A stretch of DNA of 64,000 nucleotides from Planctomycetota bacterium. Lineage in GTDB: Bacteria; Planctomycetota; Phycisphaerae; Phycisphaerales; UBA1924. Shown one piece after another: positions 48,304 to 56,475 of the stretch (position 1 is its first letter; the number at the start of each line of letters is the position of its first letter). The stretch spans positions 28,064 through 92,063 of the forward strand of contig JAUZRR010000028.1 in the NCBI GenBank assembly GCA_030950285.1. Direction: 5' to 3'. The translations under genes were made by a program, and so were the position numbers. Below the pieces are notes generated by a model that searched no databases, had not been told where the DNA came from, and saw nothing but the letters and a program-made list of their open reading frames with translations.

Positions 48304-48344
48304 CCAAAAAACAACGACCGGCGTCGATCGCTCGACGCCGGTCG
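48304..48344 (-). terminator. Rho-independent terminator of the tRNA gene
   Basis: On the minus strand: CGACCGGCGTCGA-GCGA-TCGACGCCGGTCG (13-bp perfect stem) followed by TTGTTTTTTGGG. Confidence 0.7.
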
Positions 48345-48354
48345 CCACTTTCAG

Positions 48355-48441
48355 AGGCCGCAGTGGGATTCGAACCCACGATTGGGCTTACGCCACAACG
48401 GATTTGCAATCCGTTCCCTTAGACCACTCGGGCACACGGCC
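48355..48441 (-). tRNA. 87-nt type-II (long variable arm) tRNA with anticodon GCA (Cys) and U73; CCA not encoded
   Basis: Hand-folded as GGCCGTG/TG/CCC-GAGTGGTCTAA-GGG/A/ACGGA-TTGCAAA-TCCGT/TGTGGCGTAAGCCCAATC/GTGGG-TTCGAAT-CCCAC/TGCGGCC/T. The acceptor stem is 7 bp including 2 G-U pairs. The variable arm contains GGC-GTAA-GCC. Confidence 0.8.
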
Positions 48442-48452
48442 GCTCTCCCTTG

Positions 48453-48481
48453 ACCGTATCGACGTCCAGCGGCCGGGTCAA
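48453..48481 (-). promoter_or_regulatory. sigma70-like promoter for the tRNA (TTGACC-17 nt-TACGGT)
   Basis: On the minus strand the -35 TTGACC is at 48481-48476 and the -10 TACGGT is at 48458-48453. The -10 ends 11 nt before tRNA position 1. Confidence 0.35.
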
Positions 48482-48626
48482 CGGAAAGTCGGCCCGGACC
48501 CGACGTTCAGCCCCCGACCGGCCGACTCGCGGTACCATCACGCCGTGTGACGCCGCCCGGGCCGGACGCGCCGGAACCCCCGTTCTCTGCCCGCCCCGGA
48601 AGGATTAAGCCGACAAGGAGGTCGTG

Positions 48627-49862
48627 ATGCCAGCCAGAACCGTTCCGATCACGCCACGAACAGCCCTCTCGCTGGCGGTGTTCGCTGTGCTCTCGGTCTC
48701 CGGCGGCGCAGCGTGCCTCGCCCAGGCCGACGACACCCCACCCCCGGCCCGCGAGAGTACCGACACCGGGGCCGACACCGGGACCGACGCCGGGGCCGAA
48801 CCCCCCGACCGCCGCCCCGACGCACGCCTCGACCCGCTGCTCACCGATATCAGTGCCGACGAGAACATCCGCGATCGGCTGACCCGACCGCTCGGCGGCA
48901 TCCCGCTCTCCCCGTCCCGCTCGCCGATGGTCCAGCAGACGGTCCCCAACCTCGGCGTGGACGCAGCACGGCTCGCGCTGGCCGACGGGACCGCCGCGAG
49001 AATCGACCCCGACACACTCCGTGCCGAGGGGACGTTCCTCGTCGCGTGGACCGGCGAAATCGTCCGGCTGCGGACCGGGGGGCTCGCGTTCCTACCCGTG
49101 GCCCAGGAGGGTGCTGCCCGGCCCGAACCCGCGATGGGGCTCGTTCCCTGCAGCACCTACAGCCGCATCGAAGGGCTGCTCGGCGACGACACCCGCGGCC
49201 TGTGGCTGAGCCTGACCGGCGAGGTGCTGATGTACCAGGACCGCAACTGGCTGCTGCCCACGCTCTTTGCCGGCACCGACACACCGCCCCCCGGCGCAGC
49301 AGCACCGATCGAGCCGAGCGAGCCGATCCAAGACAGCACCACCGGCGCTGACGAGCAGCCGACAGAAAACCCCACGCCGGACCAAGCCCAACCCGACCAG
49401 CCCGAGGGCCAGCCCGTCCAGCCGATCGACCCGGGCTCGGGCGACCGTGTCGAGGACCTGATCCGCCAGCTCGAACGCCAGCGCGAAGAACGCCGGGGCA
49501 TCGACACCACCTTTGCCCAGCCGGAGCAAGACGCAGCCGCACCTGAGAGCGCGACGCCCGGCCCCCGGCTCGACGGCAAAATGCTGCTCAGCCAGCGCGG
49601 ACGGATGGTCCGAAGCCCACAGGGCGGCTGGGTCGTCGCAATCGACAACGACGGCGGGGCTGCGGGCGTCACCACACTGCCCAACCACCTCCGCCTGCTG
49701 CCCTGCAAAGTCGTCGAGGCGATGGAACACAAAGCCGAGACCGACGGCGAGAGCTGGACCTTCGAGGTCAGCGGCCACCTCTACCGCCACGGCAACACGG
49801 TGTATCTGCTGCCTCGGATGTACGTGGCACTCGCGGACGATGAGGTGAAGGCGCTGCAATAA
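48627..49862 (+). CDS. hypothetical secreted protein with internal domain duplication and Pro/Asp/Gln-rich linker
   Basis: AAGGAGG lies 6 nt before ATG 48627. The signal peptide is ALSLAVFAVLSVSGGAACLAQA. Two similar modules are present (..LVPCSTYSRIEGLL..WLSLTGEVLMYQDRNWLLP and ..LLPCKVVEAMEHKA..WTFEVSGHLYRHGNTVYLLP). Confidence 0.6.
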   Translation: MPARTVPITPRTALSLAVFAVLSVSGGAACLAQADDTPPPARESTDTGADTGTDAGAEPPDRRPDARLDPLLTDISADENIRDRLTRPLGGIPLSPSRSPMVQQTVPNLGVDAARLALADGTAARIDPDTLRAEGTFLVAWTGEIVRLRTGGLAFLPVAQEGAARPEPAMGLVPCSTYSRIEGLLGDDTRGLWLSLTGEVLMYQDRNWLLPTLFAGTDTPPPGAAAPIEPSEPIQDSTTGADEQPTENPTPDQAQPDQPEGQPVQPIDPGSGDRVEDLIRQLERQREERRGIDTTFAQPEQDAAAPESATPGPRLDGKMLLSQRGRMVRSPQGGWVVAIDNDGGAAGVTTLPNHLRLLPCKVVEAMEHKAETDGESWTFEVSGHLYRHGNTVYLLPRMYVALADDEVKALQ

Positions 49863-49909
49863 ACGGACGTTCCGGGGCGCCGCGTGTCTTTGAAACATCC
49901 GGCGTTGTT

Positions 49910-49984
49910 GTCCCCTCGCTTGCGCGAGGGGCTCTACCGTCGAATCTTGTCTTTCCACAGAGCCCCTCGCGCAAGCGAGGGGAC
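49910..49984. repeat. family-A inverted-repeat element, copy 4
   Basis: Perfect 26-bp arms with a 23-nt spacer. It lies between the convergent hypothetical gene and nuoH. Confidence 0.9.
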
Positions 49985-50031
49985 CGGCAACCAGCGCAAC
50001 ACCCTGCCCCCCGGAACGCGCCACCCGCACA

Positions 50032-51369
50032 TCAAGCCGTCGGGGCCGTCCCCTCCACCGGCCGATCGTCCAGCGCCACCGCGTTCGTCGGCTGCGTCAC
50101 CACCCGCTCGCCCGGGGTCGGGCTGAAGCGGGAGCCGTAGATCTCGATGCGGGTGTTGGTCTTGGTCGGTTTGATCAGCGGCAAAACCAGCAAACACACC
50201 ACCCCGAGCACCGCGTTGGCAGCGAGCATCGGCCCCACGCCGCGGAGGTCGAGGTAGACCATCACCGCGGTCATCACAAGGACGATCATCGACAGCGGGA
50301 TGATCGCCTGCCACGCCATCATCATGACCTGGTCGTACCGAAGCCGGGGCAACGTCCAGCGGATGACCATCATGAAGCAGACCAGCAGCACGACCTTGCC
50401 GAAGAAGACGCCGAACTTGGCGAGCACCGCGAAGATGCTCGTTGCTTCGGGGCTGGTGAGCGGGTCGCCCACGAACGGGATGAGCTGATACCCGCCGAGG
50501 AAGATCAACGCGAAGAACGCGCTGCTGGTGATCATGTGGGCGTATTCAGCCAGGAAAAACAGGGCAAACCGCATCGCCGAATACTCGGTGTGGTAGCCGC
50601 CGACGAGCTCCTGCTCTGCCTCGGCGTTGTCGAAGGGCGCGCGGTTTGCCTCCGCGAGGATCGCGAGAAAGAAGATGAACGCCGCGATGGGCTGGCTGAA
50701 GACCAGCCACCCGTGCTGCGCCTGGTACCGCATGATGCCGTCGGGTATGACGGTGCCCATCAGGAGCAACGCCGCCAGCAGGCTCACCCCGAGGGGGATC
50801 TCGTAGCTGATCATCTGGGCGGTGCAGCGGAGCCCACCCAGGAACGAGTATTTGTTGTTGCTCGCCCACCCGCCGAGGGTGACGCCGTAGACCCCGAGGG
50901 ACGCGACCGCGAGCAGGTAGATGATGCCCACGTTGGCACTCAGGCCCGAGATCTGGACGAGCCCGCCCTGCACCTGGCCGATGAGGGGGATCGTCAGGTC
51001 CGGGCAGATCCACGCACCCCCCCAGGGGATAATCGCAAACCCGATCATCGCCGGGATGATGCTCGCCATCGGCGCGAGGGTGAACAGGTACTTGTCCACC
51101 CGGCTCGGGGCGTAGTCCTCTTTGAGCAGAAACTTGAGCCCGTCGGCGAGCGGCTGCCCGAGCCCCAGCGCCCCCTTGAGAAAGCTCAGATAAGGAAGCC
51201 CGAAGTCAAAGCCCACCCGGTTGGGGCCGATCCGGTCCTGGATGTAGGCGGAGATCTTCCGCTCCAGATAGATCAGGTACGCGACCGTGATCAGGATGAT
51301 GTGGATCATCGCGACGATGACAGCCACATTCACAAGAAACTGGGCGGTGACGATATTCGACAGGTCCAT
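50032..51369 (-). CDS. nuoH: NADH-quinone oxidoreductase subunit H with C-terminal extension
   Basis: Motifs YLERKISAYIQDRIGPNRVG, GQPLADGLKFLLKED and EAEQELVGGYHTEYS. At 445 aa it is longer than the usual roughly 330 aa. No other nuo genes are adjacent. Confidence 0.85.
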   Translation of the reverse strand: MDLSNIVTAQFLVNVAVIVAMIHIILITVAYLIYLERKISAYIQDRIGPNRVGFDFGLPYLSFLKGALGLGQPLADGLKFLLKEDYAPSRVDKYLFTLAPMASIIPAMIGFAIIPWGGAWICPDLTIPLIGQVQGGLVQISGLSANVGIIYLLAVASLGVYGVTLGGWASNNKYSFLGGLRCTAQMISYEIPLGVSLLAALLLMGTVIPDGIMRYQAQHGWLVFSQPIAAFIFFLAILAEANRAPFDNAEAEQELVGGYHTEYSAMRFALFFLAEYAHMITSSAFFALIFLGGYQLIPFVGDPLTSPEATSIFAVLAKFGVFFGKVVLLVCFMMVIRWTLPRLRYDQVMMMAWQAIIPLSMIVLVMTAVMVYLDLRGVGPMLAANAVLGVVCLLVLPLIKPTKTNTRIEIYGSRFSPTPGERVVTQPTNAVALDDRPVEGTAPTA

Positions 51370-51420
51370 GGGCCGACACTGTAGTGGGGTCGGGCTCGGG
51401 AGGGAAGCGGGCGGCTGCCC

Positions 51421-52203
51421 TCAACCGCGTTGAGCGACCGCGGGGATCGCCGGGTCGGTCGCCCCCACCGCCTCGTAGTCCATCTCGACCTCAAACCGTC
51501 GGCGGGAATCCGGGCTGCCCCCCCCACTTTCAGTCTCACCCGCAACCGGCCGCAGCTCGATCCGGGTGACGCTGATCGTCCGCGCCCCCGGGCGTTCCAT
51601 CAGTACGCTGATCTCCGGGCGGTCCGCCCAGCGGTGGGCGTGGTAGGCGTCCTGCCTCTCGGGCGTCGGGCCGGGCTGGACGACCATCTCCTCAAACAGA
51701 GGCAGCCGGGGCTTGACGTGCTCGTCCCCCAAGCCGCTCGACGCAAAGCAGGCCGGACCCGCGCCCAGCTCGACGGTGTGCAGCGAACACCCGTCCCACC
51801 GGCTCTCGATGATCCGAAGCCCGTCCAGCCGATCGACCCCGACCAGACGGAAGGGATCAAACCGGTCGAGCTCCAACTCCGCCAGCGCAGCCGCTGCGGC
51901 ACAGGCGTCCGGCAGCCCGATGAGCTGGGGGATGATGCTCCCCCGGCTGATCCGGCGGTCCTCGCTCGGCCTGGGCGGATCGGCAAGATTGACGTTCAGC
52001 ACCGTGAGCACCAGCCCGTGCTCGCCCGCTGCGACCCAGGTGCCCCCGGCCAGGCCGTCGATCGGCCAGACCGCCCGGGCATCCCCCGCGATGTTGTTCT
52101 TCCAGCGCGGCAGCGTGGCTCTGGGGCGGTCGGGGCACTCGTCCCGGCTCGCGACCATGCGGAACCCGCCGCCTTGCGACTTGATAATCGTGACAGTACA
52201 CAT
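51421..52203 (-). CDS. NRDE/TANGO2-family protein
   Basis: Starts MCT (Cys2) and has ASRDE at the position of the family NRDE motif. The protein is about 260 aa. Confidence 0.55.
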   Translation of the reverse strand: MCTVTIIKSQGGGFRMVASRDECPDRPRATLPRWKNNIAGDARAVWPIDGLAGGTWVAAGEHGLVLTVLNVNLADPPRPSEDRRISRGSIIPQLIGLPDACAAAAALAELELDRFDPFRLVGVDRLDGLRIIESRWDGCSLHTVELGAGPACFASSGLGDEHVKPRLPLFEEMVVQPGPTPERQDAYHAHRWADRPEISVLMERPGARTISVTRIELRPVAGETESGGGSPDSRRRFEVEMDYEAVGATDPAIPAVAQRG

Positions 52204-52211
52204 GGGCTTTG

Positions 52212-52856
52212 CTATGCCCCCGCCGCGTTGTCAGCACCCGTCGCCGCGCACTCGCGCTCATGCTGGATCGTCGAGGGTGCCTTGCCGATCTCGTCCCCCA
52301 GCCTGACACCCATCTCGCCGGCGATGGCTTTCATCATCGCGACGTGGTGGATGCCGTGGTGGGTGGCAAACGCGACCTCGCGGGCAATGGTCGAGTCAAG
52401 CTCGGCCTCGGTGCCGTCGCCGGAGAGCATCACCCGGATACGCACCGGCCCGCCGAGATTCTGCCCGAGGTTCGCAATCCCCTCGCGGAGGGTGCTGATC
52501 TGGTCCAACGCCGCCGCCCGGTCGGTCTCGACCGCGACGCCGCGCTCGCGGTGGTCGTAGGCGATCGTCTCGGCCCGCGCCGCCCCAGCCACAATCGCAC
52601 CGAAGTGGTCCAGCGTGTGGCGGAGGTGCTTGCCGATGGTGCCTCCTGCGAGCACGGTCGATGCGCAGCAATACGACTCGTCGTCCATCGCGTCCACGAT
52701 TCGGCCACACTGCCCGAGCAATCCTTCAGCCGCTCCGATCACACACGCCGAATCGGTGGGTGCGTCACGATCTGTACCAATATCGATGTCTGTCTCCTTG
52801 ACAAAACCGCGTGCCCCCGCGTTCGGTGCGTGAGGCACAGAGCAAAAAACGTACAT
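52212..52856 (-). CDS. DinB-like (four-helix bundle, His-rich) protein
   Basis: His motifs GKHLRHTLDH and ATHHGIHHVAMM. The start is uncertain. Confidence 0.4.
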   Translation of the reverse strand: MYVFCSVPHAPNAGARGFVKETDIDIGTDRDAPTDSACVIGAAEGLLGQCGRIVDAMDDESYCCASTVLAGGTIGKHLRHTLDHFGAIVAGAARAETIAYDHRERGVAVETDRAAALDQISTLREGIANLGQNLGGPVRIRVMLSGDGTEAELDSTIAREVAFATHHGIHHVAMMKAIAGEMGVRLGDEIGKAPSTIQHERECAATGADNAAGA

Positions 52857-52910
52857 GGCATACTACCCGCTGCGCCAGCACCTTTCCGGCGCACGCGCAA
52901 AGCGGGCGTA

Positions 52911-54599
52911 TCAGCCCACAATCGCCGGTTCTTGCTGCGGCGTCACCAGTGATTCCAGAATCTCCCGGTGGTTTGCACACCTCGGGCACTTGTGCTGCCC
53001 GCCCAGTTTGCCTCGGGAAGCGAGCCAGGCGTGGAACGCCCCCATCGGGAGCGGCGACACAATCGGCGGCCCCATCCCCAGGTCGTCCCGGCGCTTGGTC
53101 GTGTAATCGACATTGATCGCCTTCACCGCCGCGTCAAACGCCCGGGCGAATGCCGCGAGCCGGTCTGCTGAGGGAACACCGCCAGCAAACTCGACCGCGA
53201 CCTCGAGCCCGGCCTTGCGCCCCTCGCCGGGATAGACCGGGGCCGCGGTGAACTCGCCGACCATCAGCCCGGTCGCGCGCGCAGCCTGCGCGACGCCCTG
53301 CTCGATGTGCTCGACAATCAGGTTCTCGCCGAACGCATTGATAAAGTGCCGGTGCCGCCCGACGATCCGCATCCGCAACGGCCCGACCTCCGGCCCGCAC
53401 ATCCCCGCCCGGGGCACCGAGTCAAACTCGACCACATCACCCAGGATGTACCGCCACAGCCCGGCGCAGGTGCTCATCACCACGACGTACCGCTCACCGA
53501 GCTCCACCTCGTCTGCGGCAAACGCCCGGGCGTTGGGCTCGTCGATCTCGGCGAGCGGAACGAACTCATAAAAGATGCCGATGTCGGGGATCAGCCGAAG
53601 CGACGGCTGGGCACCACCCACGAGCGGCGCGTCCTGCATCGCGACAAACGCCTCGCTCGCCGGGTAGAGCTCGAAACGGGTGGGGATGTCCGCCCCGCCC
53701 GGCGAGCCGGAATAGAGCGTGCGGACGCGGGCGTCGAAGGGCTGATACTTCACCCCGCCGTGGACAAAGACCCGCAGGTTCGGCCACACCTCCGCGAGGG
53801 TCTCGGCGGGCAGCCCGTGCTCGCGGGCGATCTCGACCACCCGCCGGAAGAGCACGATCCCCCAGCTGGGCATGCCGCTGATAAACCGCACGTCCTGGTT
53901 CCAGATCGCGCGGGCCATGACCTCGATTTTCTCTGTCCAGTCGCTCAGCAGCGCGATGTCCTTCCCGGGCACATAGATCTCACTGAGCGGCCAGGTGATC
54001 AGGCTCGTGACCAGCCCCGACAGGTCGCCGGTCCGCACGCCGTGCCGGTTGGTTTCGACCGCGCTGGACCCACCGATAAAGAGGCACTTGCCGCAGAGCA
54101 GCCCGGGCAACGACTCGCCGAAACGCATCAGGTGGGCGAAGATATCGAGGCTGGCGCGATAGTTGGACCGCATCATCTCGCGGCTGAGCGGGATGAACTT
54201 GTCCCCGGCTGTCGTGCCGCTGGTCTGGGCAAAGTCTCGCACCAGCCCCGGCCAGAGCAGGTCGGGCTCGCCCCCCTCGCGCATGCGTCCGAGCCGGTCC
54301 TGAAAGGCGTACCAGTCGGCGAGGGGTGTCGCGGCGCGGTAGGCCGCGAGCATCTCGCCGCCGTCACGGATGGACGCGATCCGCCCGAATCCGGCTTCTC
54401 GCCCGATCTCGGTGCGTGTCGCGAGCTTGAGATTCCGACGCAACTGTGCGAGTTGCACGCGGCGGGTGTGCGCCACCCACCGGGCGTCGTCGTCGAGGAG
54501 CGCCGCGCGGCGGGCGACACGGGCCGCGAGAGCCGCACCGATCAACCCGGTCCAACGCACCGCGCTCGGCTCAACAGGTTGGATGGAGAGGCCTCTCAC
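52911..54599 (-). CDS. GH3 (auxin-responsive promoter) family acyl-adenylate-forming enzyme
   Basis: Motif FAQTSGTTAGDKFIP. The GTG at 54599 forms a GTGA overlap with the stop of the upstream hydrolase gene. Confidence 0.6.
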   Translation of the reverse strand: MRGLSIQPVEPSAVRWTGLIGAALAARVARRAALLDDDARWVAHTRRVQLAQLRRNLKLATRTEIGREAGFGRIASIRDGGEMLAAYRAATPLADWYAFQDRLGRMREGGEPDLLWPGLVRDFAQTSGTTAGDKFIPLSREMMRSNYRASLDIFAHLMRFGESLPGLLCGKCLFIGGSSAVETNRHGVRTGDLSGLVTSLITWPLSEIYVPGKDIALLSDWTEKIEVMARAIWNQDVRFISGMPSWGIVLFRRVVEIAREHGLPAETLAEVWPNLRVFVHGGVKYQPFDARVRTLYSGSPGGADIPTRFELYPASEAFVAMQDAPLVGGAQPSLRLIPDIGIFYEFVPLAEIDEPNARAFAADEVELGERYVVVMSTCAGLWRYILGDVVEFDSVPRAGMCGPEVGPLRMRIVGRHRHFINAFGENLIVEHIEQGVAQAARATGLMVGEFTAAPVYPGEGRKAGLEVAVEFAGGVPSADRLAAFARAFDAAVKAINVDYTTKRRDDLGMGPPIVSPLPMGAFHAWLASRGKLGGQHKCPRCANHREILESLVTPQQEPAIVG

Positions 54600-55423
54600 G
54601 ACGCACGCGACTGGGCTATCTCTGTCGTGAACCGGACCAGCTCGGTCGCAAACCCGTCGGGCTGCTCGACCATCGGGACGTGCCCGCACTGGTCAAACCA
54701 CACCAGCCGCGAATCGGGCAGCAGCTTGTGGAACTGCTCGGCGGCCTCGGGCGGGGTCACCACGTCCTGCCGACCCCAAAGCAAGAGCGCCGGGGTCTCG
54801 AGCCCGTGGATCTTCTCACCCAGATGGTTGCGGCGGGCGCTGCGCGACAGCCGGATCATCGCCCGGGCGCAGCTGCGCTTGCTCAACTCTTTGTACGCGC
54901 GATCCAAATCGGACTCGCGCACGTGCACGCGGTCGTAAAACAACTCGGCGAGCCGCTCGGCCAACCACTCGCGGCTCGGCCGGGTCTGCACCTCACGCAC
55001 CGTCGATTGCTCGATCAACCCGCTCGACCCGGTAAGCACCACACCCGAAACAATCTCCGGCCGCTCGAGCGCCACCCGAAGCGCAACGTGCCCGCCAAAC
55101 GAGTTCCCCACCAACACCACCGGCTCGTCAATGTGCTCGCGGACAAACCGCTGGGTCAGGTCCGCGACATCGCCGATCGAACAGATATCACGCGGCAAGC
55201 TCAAGAGCGGCAGCTCAAGCAGCACGCACCGAACCCGCGGACACGCCCGCGCCACGACCTCTTCCCAGTGGTCATTCAGCCCGACCAGGCCGTGCAGAAA
55301 CACAACCGCCGGCCCGGTGCCGACCTCGGTCACCCTTGCCTCGATTGTGTGCCGACCCTGGGCCGATTGCACAGCGACCACCCGGGCGGGGGGGGGTGTA
55401 AATGTCGTCGGGGATCCGCTCAA
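54596..55423 (-). CDS. alpha/beta hydrolase
   Basis: Motifs VVFLHGLVG and nucleophile elbow GNSFGG, with a C-terminal CGHVP. Confidence 0.7.
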   Translation of the reverse strand: MSGSPTTFTPPPARVVAVQSAQGRHTIEARVTEVGTGPAVVFLHGLVGLNDHWEEVVARACPRVRCVLLELPLLSLPRDICSIGDVADLTQRFVREHIDEPVVLVGNSFGGHVALRVALERPEIVSGVVLTGSSGLIEQSTVREVQTRPSREWLAERLAELFYDRVHVRESDLDRAYKELSKRSCARAMIRLSRSARRNHLGEKIHGLETPALLLWGRQDVVTPPEAAEQFHKLLPDSRLVWFDQCGHVPMVEQPDGFATELVRFTTEIAQSRAS

Positions 55424-55559
55424 TCAATCACTCCGGGGACAGCCTCGATAGTAAGCACAAACCAGAGCCCGCGACGGAGCGACCCACGCACCGATTTTGA
55501 GGTCTTCCCGAGGTGCAAATCAAGCCTTCCATGACCCTTCCGACCCTTCCGACCCTCGC

Positions 55560-56387
55560 TCAGCCCGAAGCCTCGACCACCCGCCCGTCCACCAGCTCAA
55601 CGATCCGGTCGGCCCGCGCAGCGATCTCCGGGTCGTGGGTCACCATCAGCATCGTCTGTCCCCGCTCCCGGCGGATTTCTGCCAGCACATCCAAGATCGC
55701 CGCTCCGGTCTTGCGGTCGAGGTTGCCCGTCGGCTCATCGGCGAGCAGCAGGGTCGGGTCGTTGATCAGCGCCCGGGCGATCGCGACCCGCTGCCGTTCT
55801 CCTCCGGAGAGCTGCGAGGGCTTGTGGCGGAGCCGGCTCTTGAGCCCGAACGCCCCGAGCAGGTCGGCCGCGGCCTTGCGGAGATCGGCCCGCTTTGCCA
55901 TATACCCGAACCGCCCGTGCCGAATCATCGCGCCCAGCAGCACGTTGTCGGTCACCGTCAACTCGGGCAGCAGGTGGTAGAACTGGAACACAAACCCGAC
56001 GTCCCGACACCGGTACCGGTCGAGCTCGGCGTGCGAGAACGACGCCACGTCGCGGGCGTTGAATCGGATCGTCGCCCTCGGCTTGCCGTTGCCGGGCTTG
56101 TCCGGGCGGTCGAGCCCGCCGATCAGGTGCAGCAGCGTGCTCTTGCCCGAGCCCGACGCCCCGAGGATTGCGATCCACTCGCCGCGCCCGAACTCGATGT
56201 CCACGCCATGAAGCACGGGGACATCGACACGACCCAGGCGGTAGGTCTTGCGGAGTCCCGTGACCCGCAGCAGCGCAGCATCACCGGAGGCACGGTCCTG
56301 CGTGGTGGCGCGGCTCTCCGAACCGTGTTGCCCCGTACCCGTTGCCACGGGATCAGGCAGCCGGGTTGTCTCGGGTGGGGTGGACAT
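55560..56387 (-). CDS. ABC transporter ATP-binding protein (LolD/MacB class)
   Basis: Walker A GASGSGKST, signature LSGGERQRVAIARAL and Walker B LLLADEPTGNLD. Confidence 0.85.
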   Translation of the reverse strand: MSTPPETTRLPDPVATGTGQHGSESRATTQDRASGDAALLRVTGLRKTYRLGRVDVPVLHGVDIEFGRGEWIAILGASGSGKSTLLHLIGGLDRPDKPGNGKPRATIRFNARDVASFSHAELDRYRCRDVGFVFQFYHLLPELTVTDNVLLGAMIRHGRFGYMAKRADLRKAAADLLGAFGLKSRLRHKPSQLSGGERQRVAIARALINDPTLLLADEPTGNLDRKTGAAILDVLAEIRRERGQTMLMVTHDPEIAARADRIVELVDGRVVEASG

Positions 56388-56402
56388 GGGCCTGCTCGAT
56401 CT

Positions 56403-56453
56403 CCTCGGACTGAAGTCCGAGGCTCAGAATCCCCTCGCCTGTGCGAAGGGCTC
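56403..56453. repeat. composite repeat: family-B hairpin (CCTCGGACTGAAGTCCGAGG) plus degenerate family-A arm (CCCCTCGCCTGTGCGAAGGGCTC)
   Basis: Seen directly in the sequence. It lies in the 88-nt gap between the FtsX-like permease gene and the ABC ATPase gene of one operon. Confidence 0.7.
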
Positions 56454-56475
56454 GATGGGTTCGACTGTTCCTTCC

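Noticed and set aside
48122-48409. 95-aa minus-strand ORF overlapping the tRNA gene and its terminator
   Set aside because: It runs through the tRNA and a 13-bp terminator stem. Only its last 44 codons are discussed, as unlikely, under the sRNA finding.
47884-48623. Possible integrated mobile element or genomic island at the tRNA locus
   Set aside because: There is no integrase, no direct repeat of the tRNA 3' end, and no phage or IS genes on either side. The flanking genes look like ordinary chromosome.
5766-49984. Reading the conserved arms with variable spacers as a CRISPR array
   Set aside because: The copies are single units tens of kb apart and each consists of an inverted pair, not direct repeats. 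They are not arrayed, and no cas genes are present.
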